A DNA stretch of 64,000 nt, taken from the IMG/VR virus record IMGVR_UViG_3300005573_000073, positions 1 to 64,000 of that record. The stretch is one strand, 5' to 3'. The DNA is from a virus. The position numbers were made by a program, and so were the translations under genes. The notes under the pieces were generated by a model, which saw nothing but the letters and a program-made list of their open reading frames with translations, ran no database searches and was not told where the DNA came from. This document shows positions 1 through 7,689 of this stretch, piece after piece (position 1 is the stretch's first letter; each line of letters starts with the position of its first letter).

Positions 1-437
1 TTAATTAGCAGTTTAATATTTTTCCAATCTAACATTTTAATGAATTCTTCAAATTCTTTTAAGTTTTCTTCAAAAATTAGACTTTCACTAATATTTCTAC
101 GTTTCTTCCAATAATAAATAGCCAAACTTACAATTATAACTGTAGCTATTGAAGTTAACATGCAATATATTAACGCTACCACACCATAAAACAGCCATAA
201 CTTCTCCATTAAAACGGGCAAATGTAAAAATTTACAAATGTTAGTTGTAAACGGTTCAATTAACCATTGAAACAAAAAGTAACCAACAAATGGAACCAAA
301 CCAGTTAATAAAAATAGATTACAAACAGCCCAAAATAAGAAACCAGCAAAGACTCCGACAAACCCAGCTTCCAAATATCCAATAAGCATAAATAAAAACA
401 GAATAAGCATCGAGTAGTCAAGTTTTGGTATTTTCAA
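1..437 (-). CDS. multi-pass membrane protein (3'-truncated by window edge)
   Basis: Open frame read by hand from TTG437/ATG410 off the left end, with several hydrophobic stretches (MLILFLFMLIGYLEAGFVGVFAGFLFWAV...). Confidence 0.6.
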   Translation of the reverse strand, partial: MKIPKLDYSMLILFLFMLIGYLEAGFVGVFAGFLFWAVCNLFLLTGLVPFVGYFLFQWLIEPFTTNICKFLHLPVLMEKLWLFYGVVALIYCMLTSIATVIIVSLAIYYWKKRRNISESLIFEENLKEFEEFIKMLDWKNIKLLI

Positions 438-1486
438 CTTCGTTTACGCTTCTTTACTTTTTTATTAAAATTATCTATGTTAGTTACGATTGTCACGTTT
501 CCTTCCTTCATAATATTTGATAGTTTGCATGCAATTGTATATTCATCGCTTCCAGCAAACAAGACTCCAACCCAGTTTCCATCCATGTCAAAGATTGGAC
601 TTCCCGAGTCTCCACCAGTACTGAATCCTTGCTTATGTATAAGAATGCAGTCTGTAAAAGTTGCTATTCCACGTGAATACTGCACTGTGCCAGTCCAACT
701 TGTAGAAACAACTTCCCCTTCAATTGTTAATCCTGTTGTTCTTCCATTTTTCTGAACTTTATCTCCAACATTCGGTTCCCTGTAACTACCGAAAGCAGTT
801 GGAATATTTAAACATGAAACTTCAAAATCATTATTTAACGGAGTGCCAAAACTAATATCCACCTTGTTTAATGATGCGTCTCTTTTAATAAACTTGTAAA
901 CACGATGAAAAGCGTTTCTGAAAGGACATTTAAAATCGTTAAATTTAACTTCGACAAAATGATGAAGACGTGCAATAGCATCATTAACAGTGCCACCATC
1001 ATACGGGCTTGGTTGAATCCACAAGTCACCTATACTTGCTTTGTTTTCGAGTGCTCCGCAATGATTGTTAAGTCCAATATATAATTGTCCAGTGTCTTTA
1101 TCTCTAAAGAAACCAGTTAACGTGCATGCTGTGCAATTCACGTGGCAAGCACTAACTCCCGCTTTCACTGGTCTATACTTTTTTTTCGGATCATCAACTA
1201 AAGCTTTTACCACACCAATCTCTACTACATCTGTTTCAACATGTTCCAACGTTGAATCAACATTAATTTTATAAAACAGATATTGAGGTAAAACATCTTC
1301 AGGTGCAAGCTGTGACTTCGGAAGTTTTTTACTCACATAAATCCTAAAAACTTTTGTGTTAGGAACTACTTGCCCATTTTTTATACGAGGCTGAAAATCA
1401 TTATCAAACGCAACAACATTCGGAAATTTTTTCAACTGTTTCCAAATTCTCTTAATATCTTCTTCAGGAAATATCATTACAATCAC
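434..1486 (-). CDS. trypsin-like serine protease
   Basis: Triad motifs NNHC (His), KVDIS (Asp) and GGDSGSP (Ser); KNGRTTGLT motif; own upstream promoter. Confidence 0.85.
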   Translation of the reverse strand: MIVMIFPEEDIKRIWKQLKKFPNVVAFDNDFQPRIKNGQVVPNTKVFRIYVSKKLPKSQLAPEDVLPQYLFYKINVDSTLEHVETDVVEIGVVKALVDDPKKKYRPVKAGVSACHVNCTACTLTGFFRDKDTGQLYIGLNNHCGALENKASIGDLWIQPSPYDGGTVNDAIARLHHFVEVKFNDFKCPFRNAFHRVYKFIKRDASLNKVDISFGTPLNNDFEVSCLNIPTAFGSYREPNVGDKVQKNGRTTGLTIEGEVVSTSWTGTVQYSRGIATFTDCILIHKQGFSTGGDSGSPIFDMDGNWVGVLFAGSDEYTIACKLSNIMKEGNVTIVTNIDNFNKKVKKRKRS

Positions 1487-1510
1487 ATTAAAATAAAATA
1501 TAAAAGGAGC

Positions 1511-1528
1511 TATATAAACTTTTCGGTT
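1511..1528 (-). promoter_or_regulatory. BRE-TATA promoter for the protease gene
   Basis: AACCGAAAAGTTTATATA about 25 nt upstream of the ORF; same motif recurs in intergenic regions throughout. Confidence 0.7.
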
Positions 1529-1536
1529 AAAAATTT

Positions 1537-1731
1537 TGTGGATGTGCGGAAATAATGTATTTTTCGCAACAGATTATTGGTTTCACATTAAATTTGTGGT
1601 AACATTATCCCGCACATTTTCCACACTTTTTATGAACCGTTTTATGGGTGCTCATGGATGTGTTTTTCACAAAAATGTATTGTATCACACCACATTTGTG
1701 GTAACACCACAAGCACTTTCCACACGATTCA
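1537..1731 (-). ncRNA. TIGR-like stem-loop guide array 1 (two dual-spacer units)
   Basis: Minus strand: GTTA-CCA-[CAAATGTGG]-TGTGAT-ACA-[ATACATTTT]-TG and GTTA-CCA-[CAAATTTAA]-TGTGAAA-CCA-[ATAATCTGT]-TG, each enclosed by an inverted-repeat stem; starts about 14 nt after the stop of the Nop-domain gene. Confidence 0.85.
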
Positions 1732-1744
1732 CGTTGTTCACTAT

Positions 1745-2689
1745 TTAAATTTTTGCAACTCTATCACATAGGTCTAGAGGATGAATCCACTCGTTTGGTT
1801 TCAACGGAACGAGGTTTCTAACGTGTTGTGGCGGTGGAATTGGCAGTCTGTAAATTTCTTGGTATTTCTCCCATAATATCGAAATAAAAGTTTTTATGAA
1901 TCGTCTTCGTGAAAGATCTAGAACTGACTGAATGTAAGTTTTAGGATGAAGTTTTTTAGCTTCTTTTCTTGTTGTTGCACCAAACCATTTTTTTAAATAT
2001 TTTGCATATTTTTTTCCTTTCATGTCTTCGTGGTAGCGTCTCCATAATTCGTAGCATTTACCTTTCCTTTTTACAATTGATTCAAAGATTATGTAGAAAG
2101 TTTTTCGGTATTCCTGATTTCCAACAACTGACTTATGTTGAACTCTACGATAAGCAAGTCCAGTGGCATCGTCAACTGCGTAACCACATAGTTTAATTAG
2201 GGAACTACGGGATTTTGGTGTGTAAAATTTTACTGTTTTAAATTGTGGTTTAGTTAAAAGTTTACCTTCGTGTTTCTTTTTCATGTATAATGGAACTTCT
2301 AATTCTGCCCAGTATGGTTCGAAATACGCTATAAGTTTTGCTGCTGTGAGAATACTTATGCCTTTAATTCCACGTAACCATTCAGTCCACAGTCTATGTT
2401 GTTCCACGATTGGAGTCATTTCTTTTATAAGTGATTTTTCTAGGTTTTTTATACCTAGAATTTTTCGTTTTCCAACTCCTTCTACTGCTTCGTTTCCTTC
2501 AACCATGCCTTTTTCAATTATGAATCCTAAACGACATGCTGGCATTGTTTCCATTTTAATTGCTCGCATTCGATTTTCAAATGCTATACGTGCTGACTGC
2601 ATATCTTTAAATTTACTGACTAAACTTCGCAGATGAAGTAATTGTTCTTCAGTGATGCCTGAAGGTAACATTTTTGTCTGATTCTTCAA
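1745..2689 (-). CDS. tasA: TasA-like Nop-domain RNA-guided DNA-binding protein (IS110 C-terminal-like, no RuvC/HNH)
   Basis: N-terminal coiled coil LRSLV..ARIAFENR, LRGIKGISILTAAKLIA, SLIKLCG, RRVQHKSVVGNQEYRK, RRRFIKTFISILW; no DEDD RuvC domain and no IS110 catalytic SG motif; adjacent dual-spacer array. Confidence 0.8.
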   Translation of the reverse strand: MKNQTKMLPSGITEEQLLHLRSLVSKFKDMQSARIAFENRMRAIKMETMPACRLGFIIEKGMVEGNEAVEGVGKRKILGIKNLEKSLIKEMTPIVEQHRLWTEWLRGIKGISILTAAKLIAYFEPYWAELEVPLYMKKKHEGKLLTKPQFKTVKFYTPKSRSSLIKLCGYAVDDATGLAYRRVQHKSVVGNQEYRKTFYIIFESIVKRKGKCYELWRRYHEDMKGKKYAKYLKKWFGATTRKEAKKLHPKTYIQSVLDLSRRRFIKTFISILWEKYQEIYRLPIPPPQHVRNLVPLKPNEWIHPLDLCDRVAKI

Positions 2690-2705
2690 AATTTTTCACT
2701 TCCAT

Positions 2706-3647
2706 TTAGTTTTTCTCAAGAAATAACTTGCATAATTCTATAAACATTGCCATTTGTTCATCTAGATTGCTTGTAAGCACCATACGATGTTTCTCAAAAA
2801 CGTTTGTTCCACCGCAGACATCTCCAACCACCCATATTTCATGGGGCTTTATTATTTTACATGTTTTCACAAAGTGTTTCCAGTATTCATATAGTCTTTT
2901 GTTTGCTTCAGTTAAAGATTTAGAATCTTCAATTTCGCTTCCTAACGAAAACTTTGGTGGAGCAACAGCAGCAAGTTCTCCAATGTGAAGGTCAGCGATT
3001 GCAGCCACAATAAAAACAGCATTTTTAACCATTGTCATAAAATAGTCTTCAATTTCAACTTTACCTGTTGAAACGTATTTTTTGGTTGGTTCTTCAGCTT
3101 CGTAAATTTTCTTTTCAAAATGGTTGTAAACAAACGGTTTATAAAGCCATGGTTGCGTATGTATCCGCCCATCTTTTGTTACAATTATAAAGTATGCTCC
3201 AATGTCTGGTTGAAAATGTGCAAAGTTTGCTAATGCTTGTTGATACTCAATAAAAGCTGTCCAAGCAGGCAGATTAATAACTCTGAAAGATTCGTCATCA
3301 AGTGATCCACGTGTAGTGTGACCGTGAGCAGCTACAAGCATGCATATGTCTCTTGGCAATGCTCCTTTGAACATTTGTATCATGAATTTTTCTGCATCTC
3401 GCTGTGACACTGTGTATGGATTTATTGAAGCTAATCTGCGTGGATGAGTTACAAATGCTTTTTTTCCATTGTGAAGATCTTCAAGACTCCATTGAGCTTT
3501 GTGTTCAGCGTTAAAACCAAAATTTTTTAGTTGTGAAACTAGTTGCGATCCAATCATAGTGTCGTATGATCCATGGACATTTGTTCCATCCCAAATTTTT
3601 ATTTTGGGAATCCATTTCTTTTTATTTTTTGTCGTCATATTTATCAC
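2706..3647 (-). CDS. circularly permuted calcineurin-like metallophosphoesterase
   Basis: Motifs in order III (GTNVH), IV (VTH), V (AHGH), then I (IADLHIG) and II (VVGDV). Confidence 0.75.
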   Translation of the reverse strand: MINMTTKNKKKWIPKIKIWDGTNVHGSYDTMIGSQLVSQLKNFGFNAEHKAQWSLEDLHNGKKAFVTHPRRLASINPYTVSQRDAEKFMIQMFKGALPRDICMLVAAHGHTTRGSLDDESFRVINLPAWTAFIEYQQALANFAHFQPDIGAYFIIVTKDGRIHTQPWLYKPFVYNHFEKKIYEAEEPTKKYVSTGKVEIEDYFMTMVKNAVFIVAAIADLHIGELAAVAPPKFSLGSEIEDSKSLTEANKRLYEYWKHFVKTCKIIKPHEIWVVGDVCGGTNVFEKHRMVLTSNLDEQMAMFIELCKLFLEKN

Positions 3648-3651
3648 TTTA

Positions 3652-4038
3652 TTACTTATATTTTCCTCCCTTATAAACTTTGCGGTTTTTTTCCATGCAA
3701 TCTTTAACGTTTGGATGTGTTACAGTGATTAGAACTCGATCTTGCATTCCGCTTATGGTTATTTTTGACTGGTTTATTAAATAGAAATTTGCAAAATCAT
3801 CTGGCAATATAAACGCTAAATAAGATTTAGTTTCAATGTATGGAACAAGTTTAACGTTAAATGCATAATTTAACCAGTTTGGTGATGGTGAGGGAGTAAC
3901 GCCAATCGTGCACCAATCTAAAGCGTAAACTGCAAGAACCTGTGCTTTACTTTTCCATTTTTTATAATCTATCAATTTTTTATCAATTATCACAGTTTTA
4001 CTCAAGTTCTGCTTCAATTTTTTCTTCACCTTCATCAT
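3652..4038 (-). CDS. hypothetical protein
   Basis: 128-aa ORF in a co-directional gene run. Confidence 0.6.
   Translation of the reverse strand: MMKVKKKLKQNLSKTVIIDKKLIDYKKWKSKAQVLAVYALDWCTIGVTPSPSPNWLNYAFNVKLVPYIETKSYLAFILPDDFANFYLINQSKITISGMQDRVLITVTHPNVKDCMEKNRKVYKGGKYK
3670..3689 (-). promoter_or_regulatory. promoter of the phosphoesterase-tasA-array 1 operon
   Basis: AAAACCGCAAAGTTTATAAG, identical over 20 bp to the promoter at 5218-5237. Confidence 0.7.
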
Positions 4039-4282
4039 CTTTTTTACCTTTAATTTTATATTCTGTTAAAGTTGCATTTTCAAGTCCACGTCCTTTTTCA
4101 AGAAACTTTTGAAAGTTTTTAGGTTTAGAAGCTGAACCCCATTCCACATCTGAATCAGCAATTTTCGCCCAGCAATGACTACACAAGCCAATTCGACTTT
4201 CCTCAAATATTAAATAAACTGTAATCGGATCATCTTTATGTTTACATTTTTTATGAATATGCATTTTCGCTATATCACACAT
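3998..4282 (-). CDS. Cys/His-rich hypothetical protein (probable start MCDIAK)
   Basis: CSHC and other Cys/His residues; the ATG at 4282 overlaps the end of the upstream ORF. Confidence 0.55.
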   Translation of the reverse strand: MCDIAKMHIHKKCKHKDDPITVYLIFEESRIGLCSHCWAKIADSDVEWGSASKPKNFQKFLEKGRGLENATLTEYKIKGKKDDEGEEKIEAELE

Positions 4283-4442
4283 GTTTCTTTCCTTCCTTCT
4301 TACACATTTTTGCAAAACATTTATTATCAAATTTAACGATTACCAGTCTGAACGTGCAATGGCATTTGGGGCACTCGTAATATGTTCCACATTTTTCACT
4401 TGTTACTTCCTTTAATGTTGAATCATCATGCGGACATTTCAT
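4275..4442 (-). CDS. small zinc-ribbon protein (55 aa, not in ORF track)
   Basis: Hand translation MKCPHDDSTLKEVTSEKCGTYYECPKCHCTF... Confidence 0.55.
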   Translation of the reverse strand: MKCPHDDSTLKEVTSEKCGTYYECPKCHCTFRLVIVKFDNKCFAKMCKKEGKKHV

Positions 4443-4636
4443 TGTTTTTCCTCCTCTGTTTTTTCAATATACATCCTAACAATTTTTTCTTCCACAAAAT
4501 TTTTAATTATTTTTTCAACTTCATCTTCCAAAGCTGAACCATTCTCTTTTCTTACTTTCTTGTTTAACTCGTATTTTTCCCGAAGTTTTCTAGCGATTTC
4601 AACAGCTAAACAATGCCAAAAATTTTCATAATCCAT
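4439..4636 (-). CDS. hypothetical protein
   Basis: 65-aa ORF tightly packed between neighbours. Confidence 0.5.
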   Translation of the reverse strand: MDYENFWHCLAVEIARKLREKYELNKKVRKENGSALEDEVEKIIKNFVEEKIVRMYIEKTEEEKQ

Positions 4637-4891
4637 TTAATGATCTTCCTCGTTGGCTTTTGTATGCACTTTAGTCAAACAATATAAGCATGCTTCTTTA
4701 AGCACTTTTGTTCCATCCACCTTTTCTAGCCATTGAATACGTTTTGTGCCACCACATGTTAAACAACACGTGCTTGATCTCACAACCTTCACAGTATTAT
4801 TTTCTTTTTGATTGGTTGCTTTATCATTGTCCAACCGAACTTCAAACGTGGAGTATTTCTTTCCATTATTGTTATTTGAGTTTTCGACCAT
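4637..4891 (-). CDS. small zinc-binding protein
   Basis: CLTC...CLYC pairs; promoter at 4931-4948. Confidence 0.55.
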   Translation of the reverse strand: MVENSNNNNGKKYSTFEVRLDNDKATNQKENNTVKVVRSSTCCLTCGGTKRIQWLEKVDGTKVLKEACLYCLTKVHTKANEEDH

Positions 4892-4993
4892 GTGTTTTTC
4901 ACTTCTATTTAAATAGTTTCACCGTTCCGTTATATAAACCTTTCGGTTTTTTACCATACAACCTTTTTTCTTAAAAATAATTACTTCATGTTT

Positions 4994-5194
4994 TGTGGAT
5001 GTGCGGAACAATGTATTTTTCACATGACTCCTCTGTATCACATAACTGATGTGGTAACATTATCCCGCACATTTTCCACACATGTTTGTTTTATGTGAAC
5101 CGTTTTATGGGTGCTCGTGGTGTATTTTTCACAGTGCTCAACCGTATCACATTATAGTTTTGGTAACACCGCAAGACACTTTCCACAGTTCACA
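4994..5194 (-). ncRNA. TIGR-like stem-loop guide array 2 (two dual-spacer units)
   Basis: Direct repeat of array 1 with different spacers: CCA-[AAACTATAA]-TGTGAT-ACG-[GTTGAGCAC]-TG and CCA-[CATCAGTTA]-TGTGAT-ACA-[GAGGAGTCA]-TG; own promoter upstream. Confidence 0.85.
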
Positions 5195-5217
5195 ATTAAT
5201 TATTTGACACAAACTCA

Positions 5218-5237
5218 CTTATAAACTTTGCGGTTTT
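5218..5237 (-). promoter_or_regulatory. promoter driving guide array 2
   Basis: AAAACCGCAAAGTTTATAAG about 24 nt before the first stem; no ORF lies between it and the next promoter. Confidence 0.7.
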
Positions 5238-5478
5238 ATCTGAATACGAAACAATATTGTGTTTTCCCTATAACTTTTACGAGGCTATCATGGTGACAAA
5301 GCGGACATGTCATAACAGTGAAAAATGTTTTATGTTTTTTAACAGTGTCACTTTTTGAAACCCAAAAATGCAATGATTTCGGTAACGCTGGGAGATTCGA
5401 ATCGTCATCTGAAGGAAACTTTAAAGTAAATGTTTTGTGGCAATTACAACATTTAAATTTCAGTGAATAGTATTTCAA
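5236..5478 (-). CDS. zinc-ribbon protein
   Basis: CCNC...CPLC. Confidence 0.55.
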   Translation of the reverse strand: MKYYSLKFKCCNCHKTFTLKFPSDDDSNLPALPKSLHFWVSKSDTVKKHKTFFTVMTCPLCHHDSLVKVIGKTQYCFVFR

Positions 5479-5812
5479 TTTATAATTCCTTCCACAAGAT
5501 TAATAAGTCAGCTAAACAAATTAAAAACATGAAAAAATAAAAAGTTAATGTTCCGTATGTCATCCATGCACCAATCCAGCCTAGATTACTTAATTGATAA
5601 CCCAGAAAAAGAATTAATTTACGTTTGACTTTAGAGTTGATTTTTGTTCCCTCAATAAATAAGTATATTTATCTTATTATTTAAATTTTTTGGTTATTGG
5701 CATTCAAGACACATGTTGCATTTGGGACAACGTTTTAGTCGCCAAAATTTCTGGTATTTGAATCCACAGTTTGGACACGAATACCAGTTTTCATCAATTT
5801 CGTTTTCACTAT

Positions 5813-6661
5813 TCATGTAATCATCCTCTCCAAATATTGTTTGTAAAAATTATAAAGTTTTTTAGGGTTAGACCTGTAATAATGTTCTTTACACGCTTTT
5901 TTAACTTCTTCAGCAATTTTGGGCATTGCTAATTTTACATCTTTAAATTTTTCTGTTCCAAGTTCTTGCCAAACCTTATCAATGCAGTTTAACACTTCAC
6001 TGTCTGGAATTGGCGGGTAAATTGGTTGTCCTTTAGCTATTTTCTCTTTAGTTGGACGTGGAACATCAAGCTTAACTTTCGCCATGATATATTCTGATTC
6101 GCCTTCTTTATCCATGAAAGTTTTGATAACCATGCCCTCACGGTGAATTGATTGACAATATTCTAAAATGTGATTTCTAAATTTCAACAAATCTTTAAAG
6201 GTTCGGTGGCGTGTTTTAGCGTAAGCGGGAACAACTGGTATTTTGTAGTGATAACATTGTTGATAAACGAAAATGTATGGTAGAAAATTGTTTGTAGCCC
6301 TGTTAAAAATGTCGAAGACAATGCAGAAATTTTTGTCGTAAAAGTCTATGCCTGTTACACTTCTGCCTTTTCTGCATGCTTCAAAATATATTATATACTC
6401 TGGATTATCGTTTAATAATGAAAGAAGTTTCGGATATTCTTCAGTTGATTTCACGAAGTTTTGCAAATCTTCACTGGCAATTTTCATGTTTCTACTGGAA
6501 AGATGCGGTTGATTATTCTTCATCCATAAAGCCATGCAGGATCCATCGAATTTTTCTGTCCACCATAAAATTTTGCCAAGTAAAATTCTAGGGTTGGGTT
6601 TCATTGTTTCCAAGTTTGGAATATGTGGATATTTTATGAATTTATCATTCTTCATAGTCAT
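5813..6661 (-). CDS. ATP-dependent RNA ligase (Rnl2-like nucleotidyltransferase)
   Basis: KYPHI, TEKFDGS (motif I KxDG), YFE, VFDI, EGMVIK, AKVK. Confidence 0.8.
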   Translation of the reverse strand: MTMKNDKFIKYPHIPNLETMKPNPRILLGKILWWTEKFDGSCMALWMKNNQPHLSSRNMKIASEDLQNFVKSTEEYPKLLSLLNDNPEYIIYFEACRKGRSVTGIDFYDKNFCIVFDIFNRATNNFLPYIFVYQQCYHYKIPVVPAYAKTRHRTFKDLLKFRNHILEYCQSIHREGMVIKTFMDKEGESEYIMAKVKLDVPRPTKEKIAKGQPIYPPIPDSEVLNCIDKVWQELGTEKFKDVKLAMPKIAEEVKKACKEHYYRSNPKKLYNFYKQYLERMIT

Positions 6662-7637
6662 ATCCTTTTGGTAAGAATCTTGCTTTTTCGTATAACAAAA
6701 ATTTTATGTAGTCTATTTCGATTTGTGTTAGTTTTTTAGTGTATTTTTTAGTGTCAAGTTCAAACACTGTTTTGTTAGAGTTGAAAACTATCCATGATGG
6801 AACAGTTGAGTGTTTAGTAACGATTATTTCGGCTTGTGGGTTAGATGTTAAGTTTTCGCTTGTTAGTTCTGTTATAAATGTTATTTTGTTTCTGTATTCA
6901 GGATGTAACATGATGAATTCAACAGTCCAATTTTTCATCATTTCATATTTTTCATCTAAACTGACGTTTTTGTATGGTGGCTGCTTCATTTTTGACGTTA
7001 TGTCTGTTGCAGGTATTCCAGCCCATACGTGGCGTGGTGGAATGTTTTTTGTAACTTGTGAGCCAGATAATATTATTGCTTTTTCTCCTATTGTTAAGCC
7101 TCCAGCAATCACGTTGAATGAGCCGACAATCCAAACGTCATCTTCAATAATTGTTGGTTCAACCTTGTAAAGTGTGCATCCTTCTAAAAGTTCACCGTGC
7201 ATTCCATGAGTCCAAATGCAGGAATATGTGCCTATGCCGACACCGTTTCCAATTTTTAATGGTGCACGAGCATTAAGAATACAATTTTGTCCAATCCAAA
7301 CGTTACTTCCAATTTCAATTGTTGAGTCTCCGTTGCAGAATAAATGGTTATGTAATTCAACGTAGTCTCCGCATTTAAAATGTTTTGCGATGATTTTTGA
7401 ATCGTGTCCTATAAAGGAGTTGTCACCCATTTCGAAACTTTCACATGATATTTTAGTGTTTGATTCTATGGTTGATCCATAACCAATATGAAGATTTTTT
7501 GTTTTTATGGTTACGTTGTCTCCTATTGTAACATCGTCTTCAATGATTAATTTATCTAATGTATCTCCATCGAAATCTGAAATATACGGTGGCAAACCTT
7601 CAATTTCAATTCTAACATTGCTACCAATACTTCTCAT
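6645..7637 (-). CDS. left-handed beta-helix acyl/acetyltransferase
   Basis: Hexapeptide repeats (IGDNVTI, IGSNVWIG, IEDDVWI), WTH, AGIPA. Confidence 0.85.
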   Translation of the reverse strand: MRSIGSNVRIEIEGLPPYISDFDGDTLDKLIIEDDVTIGDNVTIKTKNLHIGYGSTIESNTKISCESFEMGDNSFIGHDSKIIAKHFKCGDYVELHNHLFCNGDSTIEIGSNVWIGQNCILNARAPLKIGNGVGIGTYSCIWTHGMHGELLEGCTLYKVEPTIIEDDVWIVGSFNVIAGGLTIGEKAIILSGSQVTKNIPPRHVWAGIPATDITSKMKQPPYKNVSLDEKYEMMKNWTVEFIMLHPEYRNKITFITELTSENLTSNPQAEIIVTKHSTVPSWIVFNSNKTVFELDTKKYTKKLTQIEIDYIKFLLYEKARFLPKGYDYEE

Positions 7638-7689
7638 TTAAACCACTTAAATAAAAATATCAGCAAAGTAATATTTAAACTTTGCGGTT

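Noticed and set aside
1745-2689. Active IS110 transposase
   Set aside because: It lacks the N-terminal DEDD RuvC domain and the catalytic Ser motif. The frame is intact and paired with guide arrays, so a TasA-like call fits better than a transposase or pseudogene.
4319-4336. 15/18 match to guide unit 1 arranged as revcomp(B)+A
   Set aside because: The geometry is opposite to the expected A+revcomp(B), and the sequence is almost all A/T, so it is plausibly chance.
1537-5194. CRISPR array
   Set aside because: The variable segments are 9 nt and sit in pairs inside hairpins, not 30-40-nt spacers. There is no cas operon, and the Cas4-like gene is a distant solo gene.
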